Position numbers and translations under genes: made by a program. Of a stretch of DNA of 64,000 nt, positions 24,485 through 38,686 are shown one piece after another (the first letter of the stretch is position 1; each line of letters opens with the position of its first letter). The DNA is from Octopus sinensis (taxonomy: Eukaryota): positions 434,001 through 498,000 of the forward strand of contig NW_021824954.1 of NCBI RefSeq assembly GCF_006345805.1, in the 5' to 3' direction. The notes beneath the pieces are model-generated. The model was not told the origin of the DNA. It saw nothing but the letters and a program-made list of their open reading frames with translations, and did not search any database.

Positions 24485-24935
24485 CGGGGAGGGAGAAGTC
24501 GATTACATCGACCCCCAGTGCTCAACTAGTACTTATTTTATCGACCCCGAAAGGATGAAAAGCAGAGTGGACTTCGGTGACATAATAATCACAATGATAA
24601 TCGTTTCGAATTTTGGCACAAGGCCAGTGAGTTCGTGGAAGGGGGTTTGTCGATGTAATCGACCCCAGTACTCAACTGGGACTTAATTAATCGACCCCGA
24701 AACGATGAAAGACAAAGTCGACCATAGCGGACAAAATGCCGCTGAGCATTTTGCCCGGCGTTCTAACGATTCTGCCAGCTCATCGCCTTCAGTAATAATA
24801 TTAATAATCCTTTCTGCTGTAGTCACAAGGCCTGAAATTTGGTGGGAAGAGATAAGTCGATTGCATTAATATCGGTACTTATTTCATCGATTGCGAAAGG
24901 ATGGAGCTCGGTGGAATTTGAACTTAAAAACGTAA
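24485..24935 (-). mobile_element. Cluster of three tandem family A SINE pieces separated by (AAT)-rich spacers
   Basis: The block atcgacccc(c)agt...atcgaccccgaaaggatgaaa recurs at ~24497, ~24658 and, more diverged, ~24860. Confidence 0.8.
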
Positions 24936-24959
24936 AAACGAACACATGATAATAATAAT

Positions 24960-27900
24960 TCTCTTTCATAGGGGAAGGCGCTTTAAAGCTACTCGTCGAA
25001 AAACCCACAAAAGCTACGGGTGCCTGACCAACAGAGAAAGAGCCCTTCTTTTTTTCTTCACAAGCGCATGCTCAAAATGGATCCTTTCACACTGGCCATT
25101 TTCCCGACATTCACCCACCTTTCAACAACTTTGCTAGAAGGCAACACTTACCTCTCAACCCCCACTTTCCTTTTCAAGTGAAACTTGAAGATGTTTGTGA
25201 GGGCTTCACCAAAGAGAAAAGTGTGTCTTTAGCCCTTTCAAGCATATCCACCACACTACCTCTTTCGCTACAGCCACCAGACAAATAAAAATTGCCTGCC
25301 CCTCCCGGCCAAAGGAGGGCGGTGGAGCAATCTTCACTATGGGTTCAGCTGATAGCCGGATCCGTCCTACACGCGACAGCAGGTGTTCGACATAAACACA
25401 CACGTCAGCAATGCTCGAGCATTGGATGAGTGTGGACAGGACGGTTTCGTCGTTCGGGGCATATCTCGGGCAGGCTCGGCTGACGGCACTTCCGTGCCTG
25501 TAGAGTTTATCCCTGCCAGGCGATCGATTTCTGGAAGTTATCCACAGGCCCCGGCTAGAAAGTCCTCCGGAATAGACCGGTTAGTTGATCCTAGTTGATG
25601 CCCAAAATTTCCCCGAGAACGTCGTCGCACTTTTCCTCCACTAACCCTGTATAGAACTCTAGAGTGGAACTATCAACGACCACACTGCCCGCCTGGCAGA
25701 GAACTGTAATCTCTTGACAGCATTCGAGGTCCCAAGCGCCACTTCTCGGTCTACTTATCAATCAAAGAGACGAGCAGTGGGAGAGCGAATTTAACAAACG
25801 GTGACCGCACCAGCACACTGTCAAGGAAACGCTAGAGATGTCGCAGCCTGAGCGCATGTCTGTGCATCAGCAACCACGGCATGTCCAGGACTCCATTCAG
25901 CGGCTGTTGACAACAGTGAAGCGCCTCACCAGCGGAACGCGACCCCTCCACAGAAAGCAGAAGAGCATGCAAACCAGCTTGTTCAGCCAACATAAGGAGC
26001 AAGTGACGACGGTCAAGCAGTAATAGATGACGGATGCGATGTACGCATTCGCAATCTCGGCTTCCTCTCGGTCCATTTCTGAGTGAGGTTGGCCACCCTG
26101 TTAGTCACCACGTCCCAGTTTTTCTCTATTGGAGGTCCGAACCGAAACAGACCCTGAGCAGTTTAACCGGACCGTCTGTCCAGCGCCCCACGACACTGTT
26201 GAATGGCATGGACTTGCCTTTCCAGGTGCCGAGTTGAAAGCCTACTGACTTTTCCACGTTAATTTTTGTTCCTGTTACCGCTTCATATTCTGTTAGTGTG
26301 TCACTAATCAGGTCTATGTGCCTGTAGCTCGGCAATATGACATTGACATCGTCGACATAAACAGATACGTTTCTTCCACATCCTATATAAAACGGGATAC
26401 CGATGAATGCCTCCAGCTTCCGCAGCAGTAGCTCAAGACTCAGTACATGCAGAAGGGAGGAGAGAGGGTACCCTTGACGAACCAAGCGCAAGATGCTGAG
26501 TGGTTCTGAGAGGTGACCATTCTCCCGAACTACCAAGTAGATGCCGCTGTACAAAGCAGCGATCCAAGCCGGCTGCCGCGAGAACAGCCACCAAATATTG
26601 GTGGTCGACCCTATCGAAGGCTTTAGATTGATCTAAATTGATCAGAGCCCACCCATGCCTTCTTCGTTACCCATCCTCTCTATGATATAGTGCATGAATA
26701 GACTTGGTTGGGATGGCGCATGTTTGCGCTTCGCCAATCAGCTTGTCCATGGTAAGCGCCAACCTCTTGATTAACATCTGACCAAAATCTTCAGCTCTTC
26801 AGAGTGATGGCCTGAAATTCTCTATCATGTCCTCCTCGTTTGGGTCCTTTCTCAGCCGTGCGAGCACCCATCGACAAACAAAAGTAGGAATTCTCCCATT
26901 CTGTTGCCAGTTGCGGTAGGCGTCTGTTAAGAAACCCGCAAGTCTGGCATAGAAATATAAAGCTCGTAGAGGAGACCATCCACACCTGGCGATCTGTCTG
27001 TCGCACAGCCATTAATCGCCTCCTGCATTTCCGCGGCTGTTATCGGCCTTTCGCAGTACTCCACCTCGCTGGTCGAGAGTCGCCGCAGACTTCTGTTATC
27101 CGTTATACCACTCGTCCCGAACAGTGGAGCAAAGTGCTGCTGAGAGGCCGAACACATATGCTGCTGTTCAAACATCTCGCGCCCGTTCTAGTCAGCCAAA
27201 AACCAAATGGTGGATTTGTTGCCACCTTTTGCTTCCGCCAATCGGGCCCATCGAGCGGCTTTCGTTCTCTCTTCGCTTAGTGAACGTGCCTTAGATCTGA
27301 CAACACAGCCTTCGTGTGTGACGTCGAAAAATTGGTCGAGGGTCAACCCCACCGCAAACACGTCTATTGCCATACCTTTCCTAAGTGCCTCATCTAACTT
27401 TCTAACTAAATCCTCCTCTATTCTATTTCTTTCTACCGCTAAAGCCTTACTAAACCAGATAAATTCTACTCTAATTGCTCGTTTAAGAGCAAACTACCAG
27501 TTGTTGTTGAAAATTGCCACCGTCAACGCCCACTTAAGTAATTTACTAATCCGGTCTTTGTAAGCTTGGCACGCCGGTAACGACGTGTTCAGCTCCCAGT
27601 AACCGGGACCCTGTCCACAAGGCCTATCTAGGTCGACCGTACAGATCACGAATTTGTGGTTTGTGTAGCCGACCGTGTGAAAATGTGGACATGCAAATCT
27701 GTGATATTAAGCAGAATATTTACTGTAGCTTATTTATTACTGCAAGACAAAACATATACATTATAACATTATAATAACATTATAAATTATAAATTATAAC
27801 ATTATAAACATATACATTATAACATTATACATTATAAATGTAGCCGACCGTGTGAAAATCCAATCCTTATCTGCTGGCCTACAGAAAACTCTATCTAAAT

Positions 27901-28200
27901 ACGATCTCGATGACCCGATGCGATTTGTCCAAGTCCACATTGGCACATTCGGGTAATCTAGTCGGTATCTGTCTGAGCAGGTTTTCGAGGCTTTTACACT
28001 CCCTCTCTCCTATCAGATACTCCCACGCAATCGAAACATCCATCTAAGACAGCGTTCCAATCCCCTACTAACACTTTCGAAACGTTCCCAGGAAAACCTC
28101 CAGACGCTTGAAGTAATCGGGCCAGCCTACTCCTGTCGGAGCATAAACAGCCAGCAGTCTGAAGGCACTACGGTCACTGCTTGTGACCTTGTTTCCAAGG
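24960..28200 (-). mobile_element. L1/Tx1-clade LINE, degenerate ORF2 (APE C-terminal part, RT, C-terminal region) and 3' UTR
   Basis: WTW..SYLDRVF, HKFV, PGYW.LN, PGVDGLLYE, DQSKAFDRVDH, QGYPLSS, VYVDDVN and GPVKLL. Interrupted by a repair scar at 27689-27859. Confidence 0.9.
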
Positions 28201-28472
28201 CGACCCGAGGCCTCTGGCATTTATACAACCAATTTAGAGCATGACCATGCTGAAAACATATTAATGGAGGAGAGCATTACTTCCCGCAGTTGTCTAGTGG
28301 GGTAGCCCCCTTGGTCCTTCGTGTGGGTTTTTCCACGAGTAGGTTTTTCTAGAGTCTTTTTGAAAAGGTTTTCTAAAATATGATGATGATGATGATGATA
28401 ATAATAATAATAAACTCTCCTCCTCCTCCTCCTCCTCCTCTTCCTAACAACAACAACAACAACAACAATAAT

Positions 28473-29140
28473 GCCCTGATGCAGTACCAGGCTATGGCTC
28501 TCATGGCTTCTGATCTTAACTGATTGGAAGTGTTATCATGAACATTGTTTTCTACTCAATACCACAGATTTGCTCGTCAGTTGTTTGACCTTAACCAGTT
28601 GAGCATGTCCCTTAAGAGCTGACGATATGTGCATCTCTGATCACGAGCAGAAGTAGTGGGGGAGCATCATAGCCATATGTTGAATGGAATTCTTTGGGAT
28701 TTGAATAATTCACCTCGGGATGGGCTACTCGATCTGAAGAAGATTCTAACTGGGCCCCATTATTAATAATAATAAATGTCTTGATGCTATACCAGGTAAT
28801 GGTTCTCATGGCTTCTGATTTTAACTAACTGGAAATGTTATAATGCATATGTTTTGTCTTGCAGTAATAAATAAGCTACAGTAAATATTCTGCTTAATAT
28901 CACAGATTTGCATGTTAGTTGTTTGACCGTAACTATTTGAGCATGTCCTTTAGTGGTTGACGATATGTGCATCTCTGATCACAAGTAGAAGTAGTGGGGG
29001 GGTTCTTGAGAGGGATTCTTTGTGGGTTGAGTAATTGACATAGGTATTCCGTTCATCATCCTTAAACAACCCTTATTCAGGAACTTTTTGAGCGGGTTGG
29101 ACCACTCGACCTGAAGAAAATTCTAACTGGACCCCACCTG
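28473..29140 (+). mobile_element. Two tandem partial family C elements
   Basis: 28473-28756 (internally deleted) and 28782-29140, separated by (AAT)n and preceded by (AAC)n. Confidence 0.85.
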
Positions 29141-29149
29141 CAAGGTGAT

Positions 29150-31560
29150 GAAAAAGAAACAAAAAGTCATACCAGAAAATTTCCAAAACAGGCGAAACTT
29201 CCCAGGGCTGCTCGTGGAAATTCCATGAGCTCTTGTTCGCTCTGATCACTAGTACTCTATGTCCATCTTCCTCCCTCAATGTACTGTGCATGCTCGAGCA
29301 GTTCCGTTCACTTGAACCATTCTTTCAACAAATTTGCAGGAGGGAAATACTTCCCTTTCTGTCCTCATTTTCCTTTTCAAGTAGAACTTATTGATTAGGA
29401 CTTGGCCAAAGAGGAAGCCCTTTCAATCTGGTCCACCATACAACCACTTTTACTAATGCCACCAATCCGATAAACACTGTCCTTCCCGGACAACGGAAAC
29501 TGGCAGATAAGCTTCACAAGGTACTCAGCCGATAGCCAGATTTGCCCTACACGCGACAGCAAATATTGACATAAACCCTGCAGCCAGCAATGTTTGAGCT
29601 CTGAACGTGTGCGTACAGAACTGTTTCGTCGCTCTGTGCTCATTTCAGGTAGGTCCAGCTGACAGACACTTCCATACTTGTAGAGTTTATCTCGAACCGA
29701 CAATCATTCCCCTGTAACAAGGCAAGAATTTTCTGAAAGTTATCCATGGGCCCCGGCTCGAAAATGCTCCGGAACAGATTAGCCAGTTGATACTCGACGA
29801 CACTGTCTCCTCATGAACGTTGTTGCACTTGCCCACCTCTAAACCTCTACAGAATACCAAATGGAACTTCCACTGATCGCATTGCAGACAGGCAGAAGGC
29901 TATGAGCACATGATGGAACTCTAGCTGTAAGGGCCCTACCTTAGTCTACGCTTGAGCCAGAACTGCATCACACTCAAAGAGACGAACTGCGGAACAGCGA
30001 ATGTGACAAAGGGCGATCACACATGCTCACTGTCAAATAAAGACTGGAGATGTTTGCGTATCAGCGACCTCGCCATGCTTAGAGTGTGTTGTCAACGATT
30101 TGAGCGCTTGACCAGTGGAACGCGTCCCTTCTACAGAAAGTGAAAGAGTAGGCGCTCCAGTCCGGTTTGACAAAGTGGTGATATATGACAGAGGGGGATG
30201 TATGCATTCACCACCTCCGCTCGATCTTTCAAGTATAACTTTCTCTCAGCCCATTTCTGGATGTGACTGGCGCCCTGTCTTGTCACCTTGTCCCAATACT
30301 TCTCTTAGAGATCTGGATCAAATCAGGCAATGAGCAGTTTAAACGAGAGAGGACAACCTTGACAGACAAAATGCATGATTCTGAGTGATTCCGGCAAAGG
30401 ACCATTCACTCGAACTACAAGCAGATGTCGCTGTACATTGCGGCGATCCAACCATGGAAAGCAGGACTGAAACTGGTCGATGTGAGAACAGCAGTCCGCC
30501 ACCAACCACCTCCACCGTGCTGCCAATCATCACTTCTCGTATTTCCACAGCTGTTATCAAACACTAATGAGCTTTCCGGATGCCCGAAGAAATCCTAGTC
30601 TGAAGGCACAAACTTCGCTACTATTCACACCCAGGACCACCGACTTAATTTCTGGGTCCAAGAAAATGATCCAAATCTTGAGATCCAGATCTTTCCGAAA
30701 CAATATCGCAGTATCCGCCAAGGCACCCGTGACATTGTTTTAGTTGAGTTACTTAACTATCAATGACTTCTGGTTGAGATTATTTTAGTTCGTTGCTCTA
30801 CCTTCGTATTGTTTTACTAACAACTTGCCCGCATATTTCCTATATTCCAACCAACTTTGTCATTTGTACATAACGTGAATATCCAAGGCATAACAGAAAC
30901 GGAGTTTTGTTTACTAGCTCTTGGTTTAATTTTTGAACGATGGCTTGTCTCAGTTCTTCGTTCTTCTCCTCATTATCAATCATTTGAAGTTCCTCCTCAC
31001 AGTTTTTTGTTGATGTCATTTGCTATTGACTCTTTAGTGATTTCATTCTCTTTTGTCTTCTTTTGTATACCCCGATAGTTTAATACTTTCCTTTGCAATA
31101 TTTATCTCTATTGTCACATGATAGTGGTCCATAGGCCACCTCCTACTCTATTCCCGGAGTTGTGCTTGCTGGCAATCTGAAAACTGGGGCTCATTGCTCT
31201 TGTTGCCATTTCGGCTGGTATCCGCTGCTTTTCTTCCTCGTTTTCTTTTTTTATGCTTTTCGTTTCTCCTGGGCAAAAAACCCTGAAGATGTTTTTACTA
31301 TGTCATGTACAACAACTGGGTCTATTTCCCTGCATATTCAATTTTACGCTCCATCCTCGGCGCCCTCAGATAGATACAACTCCAATATTGACTTGTGAAT
31401 CTCAGAGGTCTAACTTCCAAATTCATTTTCCTTTTCGTGCTACATTTGCCCAGTCGCATTCACCCGCTTATAATGCAATAGAGCAAACTCATATCGTTCT
31501 AACATCCCACATTGTCATCCTTATATTTCTAGAGTAAAGTGCATGGATGGAGGCATATAT
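29150..31560 (-). mobile_element. L1/Tx1-clade LINE, heavily deleted: ORF1 remnant with zinc knuckle, APE, RT and C-terminal pieces
   Basis: C..*HSKKHLQGFCP-like knuckle near 31270-31320, LFRKDLDL..IFLD, QGCPLS and VRDKLYKYG. Confidence 0.75.
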
Positions 31561-31929
31561 AATTATTTCAGTATCTGTTTTGTTTGAGTCTTGCACATGT
31601 ATCTATCTATGCGAGCATTCTTAGATTGTTGGGCTGACAGAAGTTTCAGTTGTAGTTAAACCATAAGTCAGCCCTCATCAAAAAGCGGATGTGTTCCTGC
31701 TGTGACTGCCTTTTCATTGTTGACAGCACTATCTATCGTGGTGATCTAGTTTTAAGACAGCAGGATGTTTGAGGGAGATTTGGTTTTATTTCTAGCCGAT
31801 AGAGCTACTACGTACAGGCTCGCTCACTTGCTCTCAGACATTGCGCATGACAGTTATGAAAATGATGGAAAGAAACAAGAATTAGACCCTATTTTTCTGA
31901 TCTCTATTATTTAAATTAATTCTGTGAAT

Positions 31930-32350
31930 AGGTGCAGGCGTGGCTGTGTTGTAAGACTTTTGCGTGACGCTTTGGGTAAGGGTCTTCTACAATAGCTTCG
32001 AGCCGACTAAAATCTTGTGAGTGGATTTGATAGACAGAAACTGAAAGAAGCCTGTCGTGTGCACACACACGCGCATACACACACACACACACACATACAC
32101 ATACACACACAGAAACACACACACGCACGCACAAACATACGCGTGTGTTTTTATGTCTGTGTTTGTACTCCACCACCTCTTGACAACCGGTGTTGTTGTG
32201 TTTACGTCCCTGTAACTTAGAGGCTAGGCAGAAGAGACCGATAGAAGTACCAGGTTTTACAAAAGAATAAATGCTGAGATAGATTTGTTCGACTAAAATC
32301 TTCCAAAACGGTGCTCCAGCATAGCAACAGTTTAATGACAAGTAAAAGAA
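31930..32350 (+). mobile_element. Family B SINE with an internal (CA)n tract
   Basis: Head ggtgcaggcgtggctgtg and tail gtgctccagcatagc...aatgacaagtaaaagaa. Confidence 0.85.
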
Positions 32351-32535
32351 GAGATAAAAAAGTTGCCTTATCAAGAATTTTCGATTTCATATTCAGTTAA
32401 TTCCCTCAAAATGTCTAGAAACTAAAGGAACTTTTATGATGGTACATGATCTGCTAAAAACAGTAGTCAATTCTTCCTCAAATCACACCCTACCATCTTT
32501 AAAAGGGAAAGACACCGTTTACAACGCAAGGTGAT

Positions 32536-32621
<86 letters not shown>

Positions 32622-32733
32622 GCGTGTGTGTGTGTGTGTGTGTGTGTGTGAATATAATATAGATATATTTAACGAAGGGAGAGAAGGGAGTATAATAGAG
32701 TAGAACAAGACAGTGAGAGAGAGAAAGAGAGAG

Positions 32734-32778
<45 letters not shown>

Positions 32779-33775
32779 GGGGTTGAATAATAGCACCAAA
32801 AGTTGGCAAAATTTCTAATAGCATTTTACTAATAGGTGGGATATTTACGTCAAAGCAACTAAATTGAGTCAGCCGTTTGGAATTTAGGGCTTTGGTACAT
32901 GTTTTTGGTTTATTTCAAACTTTAGATCTTTCTTCCTTCTCCACCTCCAACTCTTCCGCCTTCTTGCATTCTTCTTTCTTCTTTTCTGTCTTTCGTTCTT
33001 TTTTCTACTTTTCTCTTTCTCTTTCTTTGTTTCTAATCCTTTTTGTCTATCTGTCCATCATTCATGTTTTCCTCTTTCCTTTTCGTTTTCTCAAACCTTA
33101 CCTCTCTCCTCCTCCTCCTCCTCCCCCTCCTCCATTAACTTCACGTAATTTACGTACTCTGTTTAAACGCAAAATTCCTCCACCCTCTACATCAGACAAC
33201 CACCTACTTCTCTCTCTCTCATCTTTCTCTCATCTTTCTTTCATCTCTCTCCCTCTCTCTCTCTCTCTCTCTTTCTCTGCCAACGTATTTCATCCCTTCA
33301 CATCTTTATTGTCTCTATCCCTTTCATTTTCCTTTTATGTCATATTTTTTCTCTCACCCTTCACTCTTTTTCTTCTCTTCTTTCAATTATACTTTCTTTC
33401 AGCCTTCCCCACCCTGCTCCACGCTGTGCCACCCTCATTTGCCATTATATCTGGCACCAACACTTCCCTTTCGTCTGTTGTTCCTATTTAATTCCATCGC
33501 ATATCGCCTTTCTTCACACATGCGCGCGCACCCATCTACATTGAGATACACATAACTGCGTACATATATGCACATCACGCACATACGTACATACGTGTGT
33601 GCGCGCACATATATATATATATATATACATATGTACATATACTCTCACACATATACATATATACACATAAATACAAATATGTATGTGTGTGTGTGTGAGT
33701 ATATATATATGTATATATATGGGCTGAGGCTCAAATAATTATGATATATATATATATATATATACATACATACAT

Positions 33776-33816
<41 letters not shown>

Positions 33817-34228
33817 AACACGCACAGACATTGTATCTCTTTACTCCGCGTCTTTTCCCTGATGTATTTTTAAATTCAATATACAGCTGGGTTGTACACG
33901 TACTCCCGCCATATGCACACATACTTATTTATGCAAACGTATTTACATAAGCACCCAGTGAGAGAGGTGGAAGTGATTGATCGAAATTATAACGCGTAAT
34001 AAGAGAGTGAGAGAAAGAGAGATAGAGAGAGAGGGTGGGGTGAACAAATACAAGCTGAAACAGGAGGGAGGAGGTAAAAACCAAGAGATAATATTACATA
34101 TATACATGTACATGCACGCACACATGCACACACATTACATATACACATGCATCTATCCATCCTTAACTATATATATATATATATATTATAATATACATAA
34201 TAGATACATATATGTATACATATATAGA

Positions 34229-34307
<79 letters not shown>

Positions 34308-34332
34308 CATATATAACGTATATAATATATAC

Positions 34333-34457
34333 AGGTGCAGAAGTGCTTACCAACCACATGGTCCCGGGTTCAGTCACACTGCGTGGCACGTATAATTTCG
34401 GGCCGACCAAAGCCTTGTGAGTGGATTCGGTATTCGGAAACTGCAAGAAGCCCGTAC

Positions 34458-34551
<94 letters not shown>

Positions 34552-34745
34552 TCTGTTTGTCCCCAACATCGCTTGACAACCGATGCTGGTGTGTTTACGT
34601 ACCCGTAACTAAGCGGTTCGGTAAAAGAGACCGATAGCAGAAGTACTAGGCTTACAAAGAATAAGCTCTGGGGTCGATTTGCTCGACTAAAGGCGGTGCT
34701 CCAGCATGGCCGCAGTCAAATGACTGATATAAGTAAAAAAAAGAG
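34333..34745 (+). mobile_element. Family B SINE with an internal (AT)n(GT)n tract
   Basis: Same head, core and tail as the copy at 19506. Confidence 0.88.
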
Positions 34746-34865
34746 TATATATGTAATGTATATACACACAATTATACATGTATAGGTGTGTGCACGACTT
34801 TATGTGTGCGCGGCTATATGCGTGTGTGCATGTGTGCATGTGTGCATGTGTGCTTGTGTACGTGT

Positions 34866-34925
<60 letters not shown>

Positions 34926-35754
34926 AATAATCTGAGAATTTCTAGTATAGACTTAAATGCGTTGTTGAGTAGTCCCAGGTCAAGCCAGATCCAGCAGACT
35001 ACAGCAACTGCGACTGACTGGGCAATGCCTCACATGATTGTAGTCCGATGATTGAAACTAGAAGCCTCCACCCCCAAAGAAAAATGAATAAAAAGAAATC
35101 TGAATCACATATTTTCAGAAATTGTATATTTAGAACTGTATTATCAGCTTATCTAATGTGTCCTTCCTTTTTTCAAGACCTCAGGTTATGATTTCAGGCT
35201 AAGCTGATTGCTATTTCTAACAAACAGAACAACTGCGTAGAGGTTCTTCTAACTTGATTGCTAAGACGATGATTGTATTGTCCAAGCTGACAACGTCGGT
35301 GATTCGATATGTACCAACCACGTCGACGGTGGTAATGATGGTGATGTCGAAAAGGATAACGATAGCGATGATAATGATGCCTACGATGATAGTGACAATG
35401 ATATTGGTAATAGTAGTGGTGGTGGTGATGGTAGTGGTAGTGATGGTGGAGTTAAAGTGTAAAACTTGATCTTTTTGTTTTTGACTGTAAAACGTACGCC
35501 CTTTTACTCTAAAAATGTTTCGAGTCGAGCTTTATACAGAATTATTTCTATTGATAACAGCTTCCAAAAAACTCAGCCAGTCCCACAAGAAACTAAGTAT
35601 TCTTTATAAGAAACATTCTCTCTTTTCCTCCCCTCATCTTTGCATAGTTTACATTCCAGTTCCTGTGTGAAGCACTGAGCACATTTCCAATGGAGGCTAT
35701 ACATCTGATATAACTGCTTCTGTCTTAAATATACCTCAACTTACACATACACAC

Positions 35755-35858
<104 letters not shown>

Positions 35859-35885
35859 CTGTTTCTGTCTGTCTCTCTGTCTCTT

Positions 35886-35922
<37 letters not shown>

Positions 35923-35930
35923 CTCTCTCT

Positions 35931-35970
<40 letters not shown>

Positions 35971-35975
<5 letters not shown>

Positions 35976-36345
35976 GGGAAGCTTTATGAAAATAAACAAA
36001 AGACGAAGGCAGGTGGAAAACAAACGAACAATTGTATTAGTATGGCGCTCAGGAAATATAAATAAAACAAGTCTTTAACGTTTCGAGCCTACGCTCTTCA
36101 ACAGAAAGATACACAGAGAGAGAAAAACACAGAAAGAAGGAGAGAAAAAAAATGCGTGCAGTAGCTAACGAATCAACATATATATATATAGTTACTGAAA
36201 AACAAAAAGACAAAGGCAGATGTATAAACAACAAGCAGGTGTATTAGTTTAACGCTCCGGAAGGTGAGAAAGTCTTTTATGTTTCGATCCTACGCTTTTT
36301 AACAGAAAGGAACACGAGAAAATAATTTGAGAGAGAATAAACCAA
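35971..36345 (-). mobile_element. Two solo PLE 3'-terminal (pLTR-like) fragments, each abutting (AT)n and carrying a hammerhead-like motif
   Basis: 35971-36175 closely matches the PLE 3' end at 52271-52460; 36190-36345 is a related subfamily also seen at 62388. Confidence 0.8.
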
Positions 36346-36374
36346 ATTGTGGATAATGTGACCGCGTGTGTACC

Positions 36375-36555
36375 GTTGGCGATTTTCCCCCTCCGTCTTC
36401 CCTTCTCTGGATCTTTCCTTTTCCTATATTTCTGACGAAGAGCTCCGCTCGAAACGTAAAACCCTCCTTTTTCCCTTCCTTCTTGAGCGTCCAATAATAC
36501 TATATTTGTTCCACGTCCTCGCGTTGTTGTGTTTTCATGTTTGGATTAACTTTAT
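36375..36555 (+). mobile_element. PLE-terminal-like fragment in the opposite orientation, with an intact minimal hammerhead core
   Basis: ttt-CTGACGA-A-GAGC-TCC-GCTC-GAAA-CG-TA-aaa at 36429-36461, followed ~95 nt later by (AT)n. Confidence 0.7.
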
Positions 36556-37360
36556 ATATATATATATATACATACATACATATATATGCAGTATATATAC
36601 ACATGTGTGTATATGTATATATATATATAGTGCTCACGGAACAACCTACCTACCTACCTACGTTCTCCCCTCTCAACTCTCAACCAACCTACATATATAC
36701 ATATATACTCTTTCACTTGTTTCAGTCATTTGACTGTGGCCATGTTGGAGCAATGGTGCGCGTTTTTCCCCAAAATATTCTATTGAAATCACCTTCTGCC
36801 ATATATGCTGAAGACCAGGCTTTGGGTAGACCCGGACAACTGCCAGGTGTGAGTTTTAGTGCTACGGTAGACTCACCCGTATCTATTTTTAGACTGATTA
36901 GTAAAAGAATGTAATAAATTTAAAATAAAGCGATACAGTGTAGTTAATATAATGAGTTACAAATATATTTATTCAGTTTATTATAAGCAAGTCTGTGTCC
37001 TCAGCAACTGTGTGTTGTTTGTTTATGTGAGAGGATAGCAACCAGTATTGTAGAAACAAAATAAAAATGTCGGTAAGTTTTGGCACAATATACAAATGCA
37101 GTGCCTATCTGTCTGGTCGTTAACATTATTTTTTAATGAATACAGTACGTACCAACAGTACTTTCTTGATCTAAATTACCTTTTCGGACATAACAACAAC
37201 AAAACATGGGTGTAACTGTAAAGAATAATCAAATGGTCTAAAGTTCAAGTAGCTGTTAACCATTAGCAATATTTGTTTTGATAGTCATGATGTTGGTCTC
37301 ATATTGTCGCTGTATGTCCATGTATGCTCAGACAGATTTTATAATTATCAATACCCAATA

Positions 37361-37950
37361 ATGGCATCAAAGAGAGGACATGCCTACACAGTCAGTAGGT
37401 GGTAACATTCGTGAAGGAGCAAGGCAACCGAGCTGCTGTAATGCATTTCGGGTCTCACTCTACAGTGAAAATAGTTGGGTCTGACTTAAAGAAGAGGAGA
37501 AACTTCAGTAGATTGGAAGATCTAAACACAACCCTCGCATACCGAAATCTAAATGGGTGAAACTGTAAAATGAGATAAAGACATGGGTTTTAAATTAACG
37601 AATCCAAGATTTTAGTCTCGGTTAAACGAATCATGCGGGATGATGCTATAGAGTCATGAAACAAAACAGATTAGCCATCCGAACAAAAAACAGAACAAAA
37701 AATGTCAGCAGAGAACCAAAACTATTTGAAATTTCCCAAAAATCAATAAATTTTGAAGTGATTGCAAATATGAGGTGATTCCCCATGAGGTTTTCTATAC
37801 CAAGCAATAAGTGTGTTGATGTAAAAAGCACCAAACCTGTGACTATTAAAATCTCTGGCCATGAGAAATCACATTTTATATGTATATTAGCTTGTTGTGC
37901 TGATGGCACCAAATCACTACCTTTACTCATATTCAGGGACAATTCATAGT
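37361..37950 (+). mobile_element. pogo/Tigger-family transposase remnant
   Basis: MASKRGHAYT..KEQGNRAAVMHFG (Brinker-like HTH), W..NEIKTWV, RVMKQNRLAIRT and the DDE_1 motif VTIKISGHEKSHF.C.LACCADGTK.LP.LIF. Confidence 0.85.
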
Positions 37951-38009
37951 ATTTTCCCATTATGCGCCAGTAAGCAAGCAAGCAAGCAAGCAAGATTCAA
38001 GTACATTTT

Positions 38010-38230
38010 TAATGTATTACAGATATAAACCGTCTAAGAAAAAAATACACAGAGAAAAGAAGCATGAATTAAAGTCTAAACACCAATTTGCTGAAGTAAT
38101 GGAGAAGATAAAACAAAAATTGCGAGCCAAAGCTACATGCAAACGCCGTTTCGAAAATTGATCCCAGTTCTTCAGAAGTAACACACTGGATACAGCACCA
38201 TCAAAATAGAAGCCCCCAGTGCAAGATAAT
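38010..38230 (+). mobile_element. Dong-like LINE N-terminal fragment
   Basis: EKIKQKLRAKATCKRRFEN.SQFFRSN resembles the LKQK...RRY...F.QN region of R4/Dong ORFs. Confidence 0.6.
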
Positions 38231-38391
38231 CGCGTTAATATCACTGCGATTTAAAATCTCTCTCCTCCAACTTCTTTCTCTGTATGGGCTCATTAATCAG
38301 TCCTTTGTTATTTTTGAGTCAAAATTATTAATAGTTGAGCGAAATGATAATCTGTTGCATTGAGGACTTTTCTATACTGCTGCTGCTGCTG

Positions 38392-38430
<39 letters not shown>

Positions 38431-38652
38431 GAATATATGTGTGCGTGCATATACACACACACATAAACATACATATAACACACACACATGTAATAATTAT
38501 GCAACGTATGTATATATGAATTTATATACCGTGTATGTGTCCAGGTGAAGAAACAAGTTTTTACCTGTTTATATTTATGAACAAACACAAATACAAAAGT
38601 CAAAAACATTGTATATACATTAGCGTGCATATGTGTCTCCGTTGTGTTTTGA

Positions 38653-38686
<34 letters not shown>

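Noticed and set aside
28473-28760. Ribozyme in family C (5' GCCCTGATG as an HDV-like P1; internal CTGAAGA as a hammerhead core)
   Set aside because: I could not build the HDV-like nested pseudoknot (no GG after the putative P1 partner), and no stem II/GAAA follows the CTGAAGA.
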